From an uncultured delta proteobacterium (GTDB taxonomy: Bacteria > Desulfobacterota > Binatia > DP-6), in contig CAWFFN010000007.1 of assembly GCA_963815115.1 (NCBI GenBank), positions 64,001 through 128,000 of the forward strand: DNA of 64,000 bases, in the 5' to 3' direction. The notes beneath the pieces were generated by a model. That model was not told the DNA's origin and ran no database searches. It was given only the letters and a program-made list of their open reading frames with translations. The position numbers and the translations under genes were made by a program. Positions 13,078-24,969 of the stretch are shown here, in pieces (the stretch's first letter is position 1; each line of letters starts with the position of its first letter).

Positions 13078-14472
13078 ATGCCCGCGTTCTCCGTCGTCAC
13101 CGTCCCCGCAGGCGACCCGATCCGCAGCGCGGACGGGACGCTCCAGGTTCCCGATCGGCCGATCATCCCGTTCATCGAGGGCGACGGCACCGGACCCGAC
13201 ATCTGGCGTGCGAGCCAGGCGGTGTTCGACGCCGCGGTCGAGAAGGCTTACGGCGGCCGCAAGCGGATCGCCTGGATGGAGGTCTTCGCCGGCGAGAAGG
13301 CCTTCAACCGCTTCAAGGACTGGCTCCCGGAAGACACGGTGACGGCCTTCAGGGAGTTCGTCGTCGGCATCAAGGGACCGCTCACGACGCCCGTCGGCGG
13401 CGGCATCCGGTCGCTCAACGTGACCCTGCGCCAGATGCTCGATCTCTACGTCTGCCTGCGACCGGTACGCTACTTCGCGGGCGTGCCGAGCCCGGTGAAG
13501 CGTCCGGAGCAGGTCGACATGGTGATCTTCCGCGAGAACACGGAGGACATCTACGCGGGCGTGGAATGGGCGGCGGAGTCGCCCGAGGCGCGCAAGGTGA
13601 TCGCGTTCCTCCGGCAGGAGATGGGCGTCACGAAGATCCGCTTTCCCGAGACCAGCGGCATCGGGATCAAGCCGGTCTCTCGCGAGGGCACCGAGCGTCT
13701 GGTCCGCGCGGCCATCGAATACGCCCTGCGCCACCGGCGCCGCAGCGTCACCTTCGTGCACAAGGGCAACATCATGAAGTTCACCGAGGGTGCCTTCCGC
13801 GACTGGGGCTACGGGCTCGCCACCCGCGAGTTCCGCGAGCGCGTGGTGACCGAGCGCGAGAGCTGGATCCTCGGGAACCGCGAGGAGACGCCGGGCCTCG
13901 GCGTCGAGGACAACGCGCGCGCGATCGATCCCGGCTACGACATGATGACGCCGGATCAGCAGGGGAAGGTGCGACGCGACGTCGAGGCGGCGCTGGCGCT
14001 CTGGCCGACGCACGGGGACGGAAAGTGGAAGCAGAAGCTCCTGGTGCGCGACGCCATCGCGGACATCACGCTGCAGCAGGTGCTGACGCGGCCGCGGGAG
14101 TTCGACGTCGTCGCCACGCCGAATCTCAACGGCGACTATCTGTCCGACGCGCTCGCGGCGCAGGTGGGCGGCATCGGCATCGCGCCCGGCGGCAACATCA
14201 ACTACGTCAGCGGCCACGCCATCTTCGAGGCCACGCACGGCACCGCGCCCAAGTACGCCAACCTCGACAAGGTGAACCCGGGCTCCGTCATCCTGTCGGG
14301 CGAGATGATGCTCCGCCATCTCGGCTGGGACGAGGCAGCCGACCTCGTGATGAAGGGCATGGAAGGCGCGATCGCCGCCAGGACGGTGACGTACGATTTC
14401 CATCGCCTGATGGAGGGCGCCACCCTGACGTCGTGCTCGGGATTCGGCCAGGCGATCGTCGCCCACATGTGA
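13078..14472 (+). CDS. icd: NADP-dependent isocitrate dehydrogenase
   Basis: [61 protein letters not shown]. Confidence 0.97.
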   Translation: MPAFSVVTVPAGDPIRSADGTLQVPDRPIIPFIEGDGTGPDIWRASQAVFDAAVEKAYGGRKRIAWMEVFAGEKAFNRFKDWLPEDTVTAFREFVVGIKGPLTTPVGGGIRSLNVTLRQMLDLYVCLRPVRYFAGVPSPVKRPEQVDMVIFRENTEDIYAGVEWAAESPEARKVIAFLRQEMGVTKIRFPETSGIGIKPVSREGTERLVRAAIEYALRHRRRSVTFVHKGNIMKFTEGAFRDWGYGLATREFRERVVTERESWILGNREETPGLGVEDNARAIDPGYDMMTPDQQGKVRRDVEAALALWPTHGDGKWKQKLLVRDAIADITLQQVLTRPREFDVVATPNLNGDYLSDALAAQVGGIGIAPGGNINYVSGHAIFEATHGTAPKYANLDKVNPGSVILSGEMMLRHLGWDEAADLVMKGMEGAIAARTVTYDFHRLMEGATLTSCSGFGQAIVAHM

Positions 14473-15576
<1,104 letters not shown>

Positions 15577-15583
15577 GCCCGGC

Positions 15584-16750
15584 ATGAACATTCACGAGCA
15601 CCAGGGCAAGGAGGTCCTGCGGCGCTACGGCGTCGCGGTGCCGAAGGGCAAGGCCTGCTTCACGGTCGACGAGGCCGTCGCGGCCGCCCGCGAGCTCGGC
15701 TTCCCGTGCGTGGTGAAGGCGCAGATCCACGCCGGCGGACGTGGCAAGGCGGGGGGCGTCAAGCTGGTCAAGGACGAGGCGGGCGCGCGCGCGGCCGCCG
15801 GGGAGCTCCTCGGCAAGATGCTGGTCACGCACCAGACCGGGCCGCAGGGCCGGGTGGTGCGCCGGCTGCTCGTCGAGCAGGGATGCCAGATCGCGCGCGA
15901 GCTGTACCTGGGCCTCGTGGTGGATCGTGCGGCGGAGCGCGTGACGGTGATGGCCTCCACCGAGGGCGGCGTGGAGATCGAGGAGGTGGCCGCTCGCACG
16001 CCGGAGAAGATCCTGCGCGAGACGCTCGATCCGGTGGTCGGCCTGGCCGGCTACCAGGCGCGGCGCATCGCGTTCGGTCTCGGGCTCGCCAAGGAGCAGG
16101 TGGGGAAGGCGGTCGGCTTCCTGCAGGCGCTGGCGCGCTGCTTCGTCGAGAACGACTGCTCGATGGCGGAGATCAATCCCCTCGTGGTGACGACCTCGGG
16201 TGATCTGGTCGCCCTCGACGCCAAGATCGGCTTCGATGACAACGCGCTCTTCCGCCACGCCGATCTCCGGGAGCTGCGCGATCCCAACGAGCAGGATCCG
16301 CGCGAGATGGAGGCGGCGAAGCACGACCTGAGCTACATCGCCCTCGAGGGCAACATCGGCTGCATGGTGAACGGTGCCGGCCTCGCCATGGCGACGATGG
16401 ACTCCGTCAAGGCCGCCGGCGGCCAGCCCGCCAACTTCCTCGACGTCGGCGGCGGCGCCGACACCGAGAAGGTGAAGGCCGCCTTCAAGATCATCCTCTC
16501 CGATCCCGCGGTGCAGGCGATCTTCATCAACATCTTTGGCGGCATCCTGCGCTGCGACGTGCTGGCCGAGGGCGTCGTGCAGGCGGCGAAGGAGGTCGGG
16601 CTCGGGGTGCCGCTGGTGGTGCGCATGGAAGGCACCAACGTGGAGAAGGGAAAGCAGATCCTCGCCGGGTCCGGGCTCGACATCATCGCCGCTGCGGACA
16701 TGCTCGACGGCGCGCAGAAGGCCGTGGCCGCCGCCGGGAGAGGCCGATGA
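15584..16750 (+). CDS. sucC: Succinyl-CoA synthetase beta subunit
   Basis: [49 protein letters not shown]. Confidence 0.97.
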   Translation: MNIHEHQGKEVLRRYGVAVPKGKACFTVDEAVAAARELGFPCVVKAQIHAGGRGKAGGVKLVKDEAGARAAAGELLGKMLVTHQTGPQGRVVRRLLVEQGCQIARELYLGLVVDRAAERVTVMASTEGGVEIEEVAARTPEKILRETLDPVVGLAGYQARRIAFGLGLAKEQVGKAVGFLQALARCFVENDCSMAEINPLVVTTSGDLVALDAKIGFDDNALFRHADLRELRDPNEQDPREMEAAKHDLSYIALEGNIGCMVNGAGLAMATMDSVKAAGGQPANFLDVGGGADTEKVKAAFKIILSDPAVQAIFINIFGGILRCDVLAEGVVQAAKEVGLGVPLVVRMEGTNVEKGKQILAGSGLDIIAAADMLDGAQKAVAAAGRGR

Positions 16751-17634
16751 GCGTCCTCGTCTCGAAGGACACGCGCGTCCTCACCCAGGGCATCACCGGC
16801 GCCACCGGGCAGCTCCACACCCGGCTGTGCCGCGAGTACGGCTCCGAGATGGTGGCGGGCGTCACCCCCGGGCGCGGTGGCACCGCCTTCGAGGGCATTC
16901 CCATCTTCGACACCGTGACGCAGGCGGTGCAGGCGACGGGCGCCAACGCGTCGGTGATCTACGTGCCTCCGGCGGGCGCGGCGGACGCGATCCTCGAGGC
17001 GGCGGACGCCGGCATCCCGCTCGTCGTCTGCATCACCGAGGGCGTGCCGGTGCTCGACATGGTCCGCGTCACCCGCTGGCTCGAGGGCAAGCCGACGCGC
17101 CTCATCGGTCCGAACTGTCCGGGCGTCATCACGCCCGGCGCGTGCAAGATCGGCATCATGCCGGGCTACATCCACACGCCCGGCCGCGTCGGCGTGGTGT
17201 CACGCAGCGGGACGCTCACCTACGAGGCCGTCTACCAGCTCACCCAGCTCGGGATCGGGCAGTCGACGTGCATCGGCATCGGTGGCGACCCGATCATCGG
17301 AACCGGCTTCATCGACGCCCTCCGCCTCTTCCAGGACGACGCGGGAACCGACGCCGTCATCATGATCGGCGAGATCGGCGGGACGGCCGAAGAGGAGGCT
17401 GCCGCGTTCATCAAGGCGCACGTGACGAAGCCGGTCGTCAGCTTCATCGCCGGTCAGACAGCGCCCAAGGGCAAGCGCATGGGCCATGCCGGCGCCATCA
17501 TCGCCGGCGGCAAGGGAACCGCGGCCGAGAAGATGGCCGCGCTCGAGGCGGCGGGCGTGACCCTGTCACCCAGCCCGGCGCGCCTCGGGGTCACCATGCG
17601 CGACGTTCTGCGAAAGGCAGGGAAGCTCCAGTGA
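16747..17634 (+). CDS. sucD: Succinyl-CoA synthetase alpha subunit
   Basis: [34 protein letters not shown]. Confidence 0.97.
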   Translation: MSVLVSKDTRVLTQGITGATGQLHTRLCREYGSEMVAGVTPGRGGTAFEGIPIFDTVTQAVQATGANASVIYVPPAGAADAILEAADAGIPLVVCITEGVPVLDMVRVTRWLEGKPTRLIGPNCPGVITPGACKIGIMPGYIHTPGRVGVVSRSGTLTYEAVYQLTQLGIGQSTCIGIGGDPIIGTGFIDALRLFQDDAGTDAVIMIGEIGGTAEEEAAAFIKAHVTKPVVSFIAGQTAPKGKRMGHAGAIIAGGKGTAAEKMAALEAAGVTLSPSPARLGVTMRDVLRKAGKLQ

Positions 17635-18065
17635 CGGAACGCACCTTCTTCATGGTCAAGCCCGACGCCCTGCGCGCCCTGGTGCTCGGGAAGATCCTCT
17701 CCATGATCGAGGCCAGCGGCCTCACCCTCGTCGCCGGCCGCATCCGCCAGCTCGAGGTCGGCGAGGCGCAGCGCTTCTATGCGGTCCACAAGGAGCGCCC
17801 CTTCTTCGGCGACCTGGTGAAGTTCATGACCTCCGGGCCGGTGTTCACCGGCGTGCTCGAGGGCGAGGACGCCATCAAGCGCTGGCGCGACCTGATGGGG
17901 CCGACCGACTCGAAGAAGGCGCCGAAGGGCACGGTGCGGGGGGAGTTCGGCACCGACGTCGAGCAGAACGCCTCGCACGGCTCCGACGCGCCGGAGACCG
18001 CGCGCGCCGAGATCGCCTTCTTCTTTCCCGGCGTCGAGCTGCCCGGAGCGACCGCCGCTCCGTGA
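17631..18065 (+). CDS. ndk: Nucleoside diphosphate kinase
   Basis: [30 protein letters not shown]. Confidence 0.96.
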   Translation: MTERTFFMVKPDALRALVLGKILSMIEASGLTLVAGRIRQLEVGEAQRFYAVHKERPFFGDLVKFMTSGPVFTGVLEGEDAIKRWRDLMGPTDSKKAPKGTVRGEFGTDVEQNASHGSDAPETARAEIAFFFPGVELPGATAAP

Positions 18066-18940
18066 GGAAGGCGGGGCTCGGGCCGCTCCTGCTGGCCTCG
18101 GTCCTCTTCGGCGCGATGGCGGTGTGCGTGCAGCTCGCCGCCCGGCACATGGGTGCCGTGCAGGTGGCGTGCGTGCGCTTCGCCGGCTCCTTTGTCGTCC
18201 TGCTCGTCGCCACCAGGGCGCGGGATCTATGGCCCCGATCGGCGAGCCTCGGACGGCTCATGCTGCGCGGGCTGCTCGGCGCCATGTCCATCTCCTGCTA
18301 CTACGCCGGGATCAGCCGCGCCGGCGCCGGGCTGGGGACGCTGCTCCATGGCACCCATCCGGTCTGGACGGCGGTGTGGGTGGCCGTGCTGCATGGCGAT
18401 CGGCTGACGGGGCGCGTCGTCGGCGCGCTCGCGCTCAACCTGCTCGGCGCGGTCCTGGTGCTCGGAGGCAGCGTGCGGCTCGGCGCCGGCGTCGGAGCGG
18501 GCGCGGCGTGGGCGCTCCTCGGGGGCATCCTGGCCGGAGGGGCGGTGGCGACGGCGTCCGACCTGCGGCGCACCGAGAGCGCGTCGCTGGTGACGATCCA
18601 CTTCATGGCGGTCGGGGCGCTGCTGACGGCTCCCTCGCTGCTCGCAAGCCTGCCGCCGCTCTCGGCGCCGCTCGCGCTGGCGCTCCTGGGGGTGGTGCTC
18701 ACCTCGGTGGGGGGACAGTGGCTGCTCCACCACGGCCTCGGCTACGTGTCCGCGACCACGGCGAGCCTCGCGGCCGCCACCAGCGTGGTGACGGCCGCGA
18801 GTTTGCAGGCGCTGGTGGTGGGCGAGCGACTCGATGCGCAGGTCGGTGTCGCGGCCGCGTGCATGCTGGGGGCGATCGCGCTGGCGGCCGGGGGACGGCC
18901 GGCGACGGTGGCCGTCAGCCTGGCCGGACCGGCGGACTGA
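18062..18940 (+). CDS. DMT/EamA family transporter
   Basis: About 10 hydrophobic segments with a two-repeat EamA-like pattern. Confidence 0.8.
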   Translation: MRKAGLGPLLLASVLFGAMAVCVQLAARHMGAVQVACVRFAGSFVVLLVATRARDLWPRSASLGRLMLRGLLGAMSISCYYAGISRAGAGLGTLLHGTHPVWTAVWVAVLHGDRLTGRVVGALALNLLGAVLVLGGSVRLGAGVGAGAAWALLGGILAGGAVATASDLRRTESASLVTIHFMAVGALLTAPSLLASLPPLSAPLALALLGVVLTSVGGQWLLHHGLGYVSATTASLAAATSVVTAASLQALVVGERLDAQVGVAAACMLGAIALAAGGRPATVAVSLAGPAD

Positions 18941-19268
18941 TCTCGAGCGCCGGCGGCTGTCCTTGCAGGCGTGGGACAGACGGTCGTGGTGGCATCACGA
19001 CCCAGAGCGCCAGGTAAACGATGAAGCCGATGCCACCCCCGAGCAACGTCGCGAGCAGGAAGGCGAGCCGGATGAGGGAAACGGACACGCCGAACTCCTC
19101 CGCCAGGCCGCCGCACACCCCGGCGATGCGGCGATGCTGGCGAGAGCGGTACCAGGTGCGGCTGAGCGCGTTGCTGCGCAGCGCGCTGCCGCAGTGCCGG
19201 CACTTGATCGCTTCGGCGCGGATCTCCTCCGCACAGTACGGGCAGGCCCTGGTGGTCAGATCAGGCAT
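18915..19268 (-). CDS. Zinc-ribbon + PspC domain membrane protein (paralog 2)
   Basis: CPYCAEEI..KCRHC ribbon; RSRQHRRIAGVCGGLAEEFG..IRLAF..YLALWVVMP PspC motif. Confidence 0.85.
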   Translation of the reverse strand: MPDLTTRACPYCAEEIRAEAIKCRHCGSALRSNALSRTWYRSRQHRRIAGVCGGLAEEFGVSVSLIRLAFLLATLLGGGIGFIVYLALWVVMPPRPSVPRLQGQPPALEISPPVRPG

Positions 19269-19731
19269 GATGTTCCTCGGGCGACGGTCGCAGTTGCCGC
19301 GCCGCGAGAAGCGGCACCGCCGCATAGGTGAGGCCGAGCAACGTCGCGAGCAGGACGGCGTAGCTCCCGGCGAGATAGAGGCTCAGCGCGTCCGGCAGGA
19401 TCCCCGCGAGCAGCGCGTGCGCGCCGCGGACCAGGAACCAGTCGGCGACGAGGACGAGCGGGAGCGGCAGGAGCGTCACCGCGAGCGCCCGCCAGGCCGG
19501 TCGTGGCACCGGCCCGGCCCGCGCGGCGAGGAGCGGCGCGGCGGCCCGGAGCACGGCGCGCGCGAGCGCGGGCGGCGGCTCCGGTGCGGCGTACGTCCGC
19601 AGCGCCGGGACGAGCGTCCGGAGGGCCGCCGCATCGGCCTGGCAGGAAGCGCAGCTCGCCAGGTGCTCGGCGCCGCCGGGCGGCAGGTCGCCGGCCAGGA
19701 GCCACGCGTCGAGGAGCTCGTCGCACTCCAT
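19261..19731 (-). CDS. Zinc-binding (ZAS) membrane anti-sigma factor
   Basis: MECDE..HLASCASC (HxxxCxxC), two TM segments, overlaps ECF stop. Confidence 0.75.
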   Translation of the reverse strand: MECDELLDAWLLAGDLPPGGAEHLASCASCQADAAALRTLVPALRTYAAPEPPPALARAVLRAAAPLLAARAGPVPRPAWRALAVTLLPLPLVLVADWFLVRGAHALLAGILPDALSLYLAGSYAVLLATLLGLTYAAVPLLAARQLRPSPEEHHA

Positions 19732-20264
19732 CAGCGACCTCGCGGCTCGCGCGCCAGCGCCGCCAGGCGCCGTACCGCCGTGTGCAGCCGGCTCTTCACC
19801 GTGCCGCGGGGCACGTCGAGGATCACGGCCACCTCGTCCTCCGGCAGGTCGTGGTAGTAGCGCAGCACGATTGCGGCGCGCTGCTCGTCGGGAAGCGCCA
19901 GAAGGAGGCGCCTGACGTCGAGTACCGCGTCCTGGTCGGGACGCTCGGCGGCCTCCGCGGGGAGGGCCGCTGGATCGATCGGCTCGGGTGGAGGCCGCCG
20001 CAGCCAGTCCCGGCACAGGTTGAGGGCGATCTGGAAGAGCCAGGTGGAGAAGCGCCGTGCCGGGTCGAAGCGCGCCGAGGCGCGCACGATCCGCAGCCAG
20101 GTCTCCTGGTGCAGGTCATCCACGTCCCGCCCGCCCGTGTGCCGGGCGAGGAACTGGAAGAGCGGCCGTTCCCAGCGACGGTAGAGCGTCTCCAGCGCGA
20201 CCGCGTCGCCCCGTGCCACCAGTGCCATGAGCTCCTCGTCCGGCCGCGCGTCGTGCATCCCCAC
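19731..20264 (-). CDS. ECF RNA polymerase sigma factor
   Basis: DEELM, DDLHQETWL, FSTWLFQIALNLCRD, LPDEQR, GTVKSRLH. Confidence 0.92.
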   Translation of the reverse strand: MGMHDARPDEELMALVARGDAVALETLYRRWERPLFQFLARHTGGRDVDDLHQETWLRIVRASARFDPARRFSTWLFQIALNLCRDWLRRPPPEPIDPAALPAEAAERPDQDAVLDVRRLLLALPDEQRAAIVLRYYHDLPEDEVAVILDVPRGTVKSRLHTAVRRLAALAREPRGR

Positions 20265-20285
20265 GCGCGGCGAGGTCTAGCACGA

Positions 20286-20681
20286 TCACGCCTGCGGTCC
20301 CTCGGCGCGGGGCCCCGGTACCCGGGGCTCGGTGGCCACGCCGCGCAGCCGGCGCAGCGCACTCTGGGCGGTCGCCAGCCAGGCTTCGAGGATGGACTCG
20401 TCACCGGGTGCGTAGGGAAGGAGCAGCCAGAGGACGCCGTAGAGCGCGGCACCGGCGAGGTGAAAGAACGAGAGCACCACGAAGCCGGCGCGCACCACCG
20501 CGACCGGCACCGCCAGCGCCTGGGCCACGGCCGCCGCCACGCCGGCGAGCTTGCGCTCGGGATGGTCGCGATGGAGCGCCGTGGCGTCGAAGGTGACCAG
20601 ACGACTCCGGCAGTGCGGGCACCGCACCGCCTGAACGGCGATTTCCTCGGCGCAGTAGGGGCAAGCGCGTCGATCGGTCAT
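20286..20681 (-). CDS. Zinc-ribbon + PspC domain membrane protein (paralog 1)
   Basis: CPYCAEEI..RCPHC; RDHPERKLAGVAAAVAQAL..VRAGF..YGVLWLLLP; SD GAGGAG. Confidence 0.8.
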   Translation of the reverse strand: MTDRRACPYCAEEIAVQAVRCPHCRSRLVTFDATALHRDHPERKLAGVAAAVAQALAVPVAVVRAGFVVLSFFHLAGAALYGVLWLLLPYAPGDESILEAWLATAQSALRRLRGVATEPRVPGPRAEGPQA

Positions 20682-20703
20682 GTATTCTCCTCTCATGCCG
20701 TAG

Positions 20704-20729
20704 TACGGACCTCCGGCACGTGAGGTTCA
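20704..20729 (-). promoter_or_regulatory. ECF (SigW-like) promoter TGAACC-N16-CGTA
   Basis: Minus strand TGAACC tcacgtgccggaggtc CGTA, about 22 nt upstream of the first gene of the PspC/ECF operon. Confidence 0.65.
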
Positions 20730-20778
20730 TTCCGCTCCCGACGTGCACTTCCCCCGTCGCGGCGCTAACATCCGCCCC

Positions 20779-21849
20779 GTGCCGACGCGCGACATCCAGG
20801 ACCTGACCGCGGCGGAGCTCGAGGCCTGGTGCGTCGAGGCGGGCGAGGCGCCGTACCGGGCGCGCCAGATACTCGCCTGGGTCCATCGCCAGGGGGCGGG
20901 CCGATTCGACGACATGGAGAATCTGCCGAAGGTGCTGCGGGCGCGGCTGGCAGCGGCCTTCACGATCGAACGTCTCGAGCCCGCGGCCGTGTCCGAGGCC
21001 GCGGACGGCACCCGGAAGCTCCTCTTCCACCTCCCTGCGGATGCCCCCGGCGGCCGGGCAGCGGCGATCGAGAGCGTGCTCATCCCGCAGACCGAGCGCG
21101 CCGGAGGGGCGCGCGACCGGCTCACGCTGTGCATCTCGAGCCAGGCCGGCTGCGGGATGGGCTGCACCTTCTGCGCCACCGCCCGGATGGGCCTGGTGCG
21201 CAACCTCCGGCCCGCCGAGGTCGTCGGTCAGGTGCGCGCCGGACAGGCCCTCGCGGTGCCCGACCGGCTCACCAACGTCGTGCTCATGGGGATGGGGGAG
21301 CCGCTCGCGAACTACGACGCGGTGGTTGCGGCGGTCGAGATCCTCACCGCCGAGTGGGGCTATGCCATATCGCCGCGCCGGATCACGGTGTCGACGGTCG
21401 GGCTGGCGCCGGCGATCCCGCGGTTCATCGCCGAGACCCGCGTGCACCTCGCCGTCTCGCTGCACGCGCCCACCGATCGCCAGCGCGACCGGCTCGTCCC
21501 GATCAATCGACGCTATCCGCTGGCGGCGCTGCTCGCGGCCTGCCGGGAGGTGCCGCTCGCCCGCCGCCGGCGCATCACGTTCGAGTACGTGCTGCTCGAC
21601 GGCGAGAACGACACCGACGGCGACGCGCGTGCGCTCGTCCGCCTGCTCCACGGGCTGCGTGCCAAGGTGAACCTCATCCCCTTCAATCCCTTTCCCGGCT
21701 CCGGCTTCGAGCCGAGCCCGCGCGGCCGCGTCCTGCGCTTCCAGGCGATCCTCCGCGAGCACGGCATCGCGGCCACCATTCGCGAGAGCCGGGGCCAGGA
21801 CATCCAGGCCGCGTGCGGACAGCTCGCCGCGGCGCGCCCCGCGGCCTGA
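20779..21849 (+). CDS. rlmN: 23S rRNA (A2503-C2)-methyltransferase / tRNA methyltransferase
   Basis: DGTRK, IESV, CISSQAGCGMGCTFC, MGMGEP, SLHAP, FEYV, AACGQL. Confidence 0.95.
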   Translation: MPTRDIQDLTAAELEAWCVEAGEAPYRARQILAWVHRQGAGRFDDMENLPKVLRARLAAAFTIERLEPAAVSEAADGTRKLLFHLPADAPGGRAAAIESVLIPQTERAGGARDRLTLCISSQAGCGMGCTFCATARMGLVRNLRPAEVVGQVRAGQALAVPDRLTNVVLMGMGEPLANYDAVVAAVEILTAEWGYAISPRRITVSTVGLAPAIPRFIAETRVHLAVSLHAPTDRQRDRLVPINRRYPLAALLAACREVPLARRRRITFEYVLLDGENDTDGDARALVRLLHGLRAKVNLIPFNPFPGSGFEPSPRGRVLRFQAILREHGIAATIRESRGQDIQAACGQLAAARPAA

Positions 21850-21862
21850 CCTCCGAAGGCGC

Positions 21863-22801
21863 ATGTCCGGCATCGGTGTCGTCATCAATCCGCACGCCAG
21901 GGCCAACCGCAAGGCTGTCGGCGCGCGCGAGGAACGCATGCGGGACATCGTCGGCGCCTTCGGGTGGGTGCGTGTGACCCCGACCCTGGACGACGTCGAC
22001 GAGGTGGCGCGCGAGTTCCACGAGCGGCACGTCGACGTGCTCGCCATCTGTGGCGGCGACGGCAGCGACCACTGCACGCTGACGGCGCTCTACCGCCACT
22101 ACGGCGAGGACGCGCTGCCGCTCCTGCTGCCGTTGCGGGCGGGGACCATCAACTACGTGGCGGACGCCACCGGCGGCCGCCGCGGTACACCGGAGCAGGT
22201 GCTGTCGCGCGTGGTGCGCGACTATCGCCGCGGCCACACCCACGTCACGACGGAGCGCGACCTGCTGCGCGTCAACGGCAGCGAGATCGGCTTCCTCCTG
22301 AGCTTCGGCACGGCCGTCAACTACCTGCGCGCCTACTACGCGCTGGACAACCAGGGGCCGTGGCCCGCGGCGAAGCTGCTCGGCCGCCTGATCGCCTCGG
22401 CGCTCGCCGGCACCCACATCTCACGTGCGGTCTTCCAGGCCGTCGAGGCCGACATCGACTGCGACGGCGAGCCGCTGCCGTTCCGCCTGTTCACCTTCTT
22501 CTTCGCCGGGACCATCGAGCAGATCGCGCTCGGCTTCCGGCCGACCTACCTGGCCACCCGGAAGCGCGGCTACTTCCACGTGCTCGGCGGACCCATCCCG
22601 GCGCGCCGCCTGATTCGCCGCGCGCTGCGGGTCTATCGTGGCTTTCCCACCGGCGAGCCGCTGCTCTACGACAGCATCGGACGCCAGCTCTGCATTCGCT
22701 TCGCGCGTCCGACCCATCTGATGCTCGACGGCGACATCCTCGAGCCGATGGAGCGTCTCGAGCTGGACGTGCCGCGGCGGGTGGCGCTGATTCGCGGCTA
22801 G
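21863..22801 (+). CDS. Diacylglycerol kinase family lipid kinase-like protein
   Basis: VINPHA, CGGDGS, LRAGTIN, LMLDGD. Confidence 0.75.
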   Translation: MSGIGVVINPHARANRKAVGAREERMRDIVGAFGWVRVTPTLDDVDEVAREFHERHVDVLAICGGDGSDHCTLTALYRHYGEDALPLLLPLRAGTINYVADATGGRRGTPEQVLSRVVRDYRRGHTHVTTERDLLRVNGSEIGFLLSFGTAVNYLRAYYALDNQGPWPAAKLLGRLIASALAGTHISRAVFQAVEADIDCDGEPLPFRLFTFFFAGTIEQIALGFRPTYLATRKRGYFHVLGGPIPARRLIRRALRVYRGFPTGEPLLYDSIGRQLCIRFARPTHLMLDGDILEPMERLELDVPRRVALIRG

Positions 22802-22807
22802 GGGAGC

Positions 22808-23028
22808 GCCCCGAGACTGCGTCTCGGGTCGAGAGCGGAGGCGAGCGTGTGACGTTCGGTGGATCGGGCGGATGCCGTGACCGGAGCCGGCAAAGCCGGC
22901 CCGGCAAAACGTGGCACGCCCGAGGCTCGGGGCCAACCCCGTCCGCACGCCGCCGCGGCACGGCAGCCGCACTGTCCAGCAAGCCTCAATCTCGCCCTCC
23001 GTGCCGACCCGAGACGCAGTCTCGGGTC
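22808..23028 (-). repeat. Fold-back REPIN/MITE-like element, copy 3 (221 bp, inverted relative to copies 1-2)
   Basis: GCCCCGAGAC-TGC-GTCTCGGGTC (22808-22830) and GACCCGAGAC-GCA-GTCTCGGGTC (23006-23028); between convergent stop codons. Confidence 0.9.
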
Positions 23029-23034
23029 GCTCTC

Positions 23035-24000
23035 TTAGCCTGCGGCGGCGCGCGCCGGCTCGGGCGCGTCCTCTTCCAGCGGCGGCGGGGGAAGGTGGGA
23101 GCCGGCGATGAGCGCCACCGCGCTCACGATGATCGCCCCCGCGAATGCCATGCGCGGGGTCACCGGCTCCTCCAGCAGGGCTCGGCCGAGCAGGACCGCC
23201 ACCACGGGATTCACGTAGGCGTACGTCGCCACGAGCGACGTGGGGGCGTGGCGCAGCAGCCACACGTAGGCGGAGAACGCGATCAGGGAGCCGAAGACGA
23301 TCAGGTAGCCCAGCGCGACCAGCGAGGCGGTGGAGAAGCTGGCCTGATGCGCGGTGCGGAGCTCGCCCGCGGCGAGGCCCACGATCGCCAGCAGCGCTCC
23401 GCCGGCGAGCATCTGCATGGACGTCGCTACCAGCGGCCGATGGGGGACGGGCGCGGTGCGGGCGTAGAGCGAGCCGGCGGCCCAGGAGAGCGACGCCAGC
23501 GCGCACACCGCCGCGCCCAGCGGGTCGACGCCGCCCTGATCGATCCGTCCGACGAGGAGCGCGAGGCCGCCGAGCCCGAGCCCGAGGCCCACGACGGCAC
23601 GGCGGGGGATTCTCCGTCCGAAGACGAGCCGATCGAGCAGCGTCATCCACAGCGCCAGCGTGGCGACGAGCAAGGCCGCCACGCCCGACGGGATGCGCTG
23701 CTCCGCCCACACCACGCCGCCGTTCCCCCCGAGCAGGAGCGCGGCGCCGATGATCGCCGTCGCGCGCCACTGCGCCGGCCCGAGACGGTCGCCGGCGCGG
23801 TCGCCGCGCGGCGCCGCCAGGGCGAAGAGGACGGCGCCGGCGACGAGGAACCGCGTCGCCGCCATCAGGAAGGGCGGCAGGGTCTGGATGGCGACGCGGA
23901 TGGCGAGGTAGGTCGATCCCCACACCAGATAGACGATGCCCAGAGCCGCCCAGATCAGGGCGCGTCGCGGCGTGGCGAACGTCGCGGGGGCGAAGGGCAT
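23035..24000 (-). CDS. EamA/DMT transporter (YedA-like)
   Basis: VYLVWGSTYLAI, PPFLMAATRF, GGNG, GSLIAFSAY, YAYVNPVVAV. Confidence 0.9.
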   Translation of the reverse strand: MPFAPATFATPRRALIWAALGIVYLVWGSTYLAIRVAIQTLPPFLMAATRFLVAGAVLFALAAPRGDRAGDRLGPAQWRATAIIGAALLLGGNGGVVWAEQRIPSGVAALLVATLALWMTLLDRLVFGRRIPRRAVVGLGLGLGGLALLVGRIDQGGVDPLGAAVCALASLSWAAGSLYARTAPVPHRPLVATSMQMLAGGALLAIVGLAAGELRTAHQASFSTASLVALGYLIVFGSLIAFSAYVWLLRHAPTSLVATYAYVNPVVAVLLGRALLEEPVTPRMAFAGAIIVSAVALIAGSHLPPPPLEEDAPEPARAAAG

Positions 24001-24102
24001 TCCCGCAACTTCAGCGGGAGCCGCCGTGCCGACGCAAGCGCACCTTGCACTCGAGTCGATTTCCCCTACCATACGCCGGCCGCGCGGGAGGCGGCGTGGA
24101 CG

Positions 24103-24969
24103 ATGGCAGAACGCACACTCGGTGTGATCGGCGGGAGCGGGCTCTACGAGCTGCCCGGGCTCGAGGCGATGGACCGGACGCGGGTGCAGACACCTTTCGG
24201 CGATCCGTCCGACGAGGTGGTCGTGGGTCGTCTCGGCGCCACGCGCCTCCTGTTCCTCCCTCGTCACGGCCGCGGCCACCGCTTGCTGCCGTCCGAGCTG
24301 CCGTTCCGCGCCAACGTCTGGGCGATGAAGGCGCTCGGAGCGGAGTGCCTGCTGGCGGTGAGCGCCGTCGGCAGCCTGCGGGAGGAGATCGCCCCCGGGC
24401 ACGTGGTCGTTCCCGACCAGTTCATCGATCGGACCCGCGCCCGTCAGGCGGAGAGCACCTTCTTCGGGCGCGGCGTCGTGGCCCACGTGCAGTTCGCCGA
24501 TCCGTTCTGCGCTCCGCTCTCACGCGCCCTGGTGGACGCGGCGCGGGCGTCCGGGGCGCTGGTCCACGCGGGCGGCACGTACGTGTGCATGGAAGGACCG
24601 GCCTTCTCCACCCGCGCGGAGTCGAACCTCTACCGGAGCTGGGGTGCGCACGTCATCGGGATGACGAACCTTCAGGAGGCGAAGCTCGCGCGCGAGGCGG
24701 AGCTGTGCTTCGCCACGCTGGCGCTCGCCACCGACTACGACTGCTGGCATGCGGGCCACGACGACGTGCAGATCGACGCCATCCTCGCGGTGCTGGCCGC
24801 CAACGTCGAGCTCGCGCAGCGCACGGTGGCGGCGCTGGCGGCGCGCCTGCCCGCAAGTACCGGCTGCGCATGCTCGCGCGCCCTGGAGAACGCCATCATC
24901 ACCGACCGGACGCTCATCCCGCCCCAGGTGAAGCGCGACCTGGGCCCGATCGCGGGGAGGTACCTGTGA
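24103..24969 (+). CDS. mtnP: S-methyl-5'-thioadenosine phosphorylase
   Basis: GVIGGSGLY, TPFGDPS, PRHGRGH, PDQFIDRT, EGPAFSTRAES, TDYDCW. Confidence 0.95.
   Translation: MAERTLGVIGGSGLYELPGLEAMDRTRVQTPFGDPSDEVVVGRLGATRLLFLPRHGRGHRLLPSELPFRANVWAMKALGAECLLAVSAVGSLREEIAPGHVVVPDQFIDRTRARQAESTFFGRGVVAHVQFADPFCAPLSRALVDAARASGALVHAGGTYVCMEGPAFSTRAESNLYRSWGAHVIGMTNLQEAKLAREAELCFATLALATDYDCWHAGHDDVQIDAILAVLAANVELAQRTVAALAARLPASTGCACSRALENAIITDRTLIPPQVKRDLGPIAGRYL

Noticed and set aside
22808-22830. Hairpins as intrinsic terminators
   Set aside because: No U-tract follows any of the six hairpins, and four lie inside a co-directional operon
21964-24102. Long N-terminal extension of the 1001-aa ORF ending in MtnP
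   Set aside because: Overlaps the lipid kinase, element 3 and the antisense EamA gene; MtnP has its own SD and ATG at 24103
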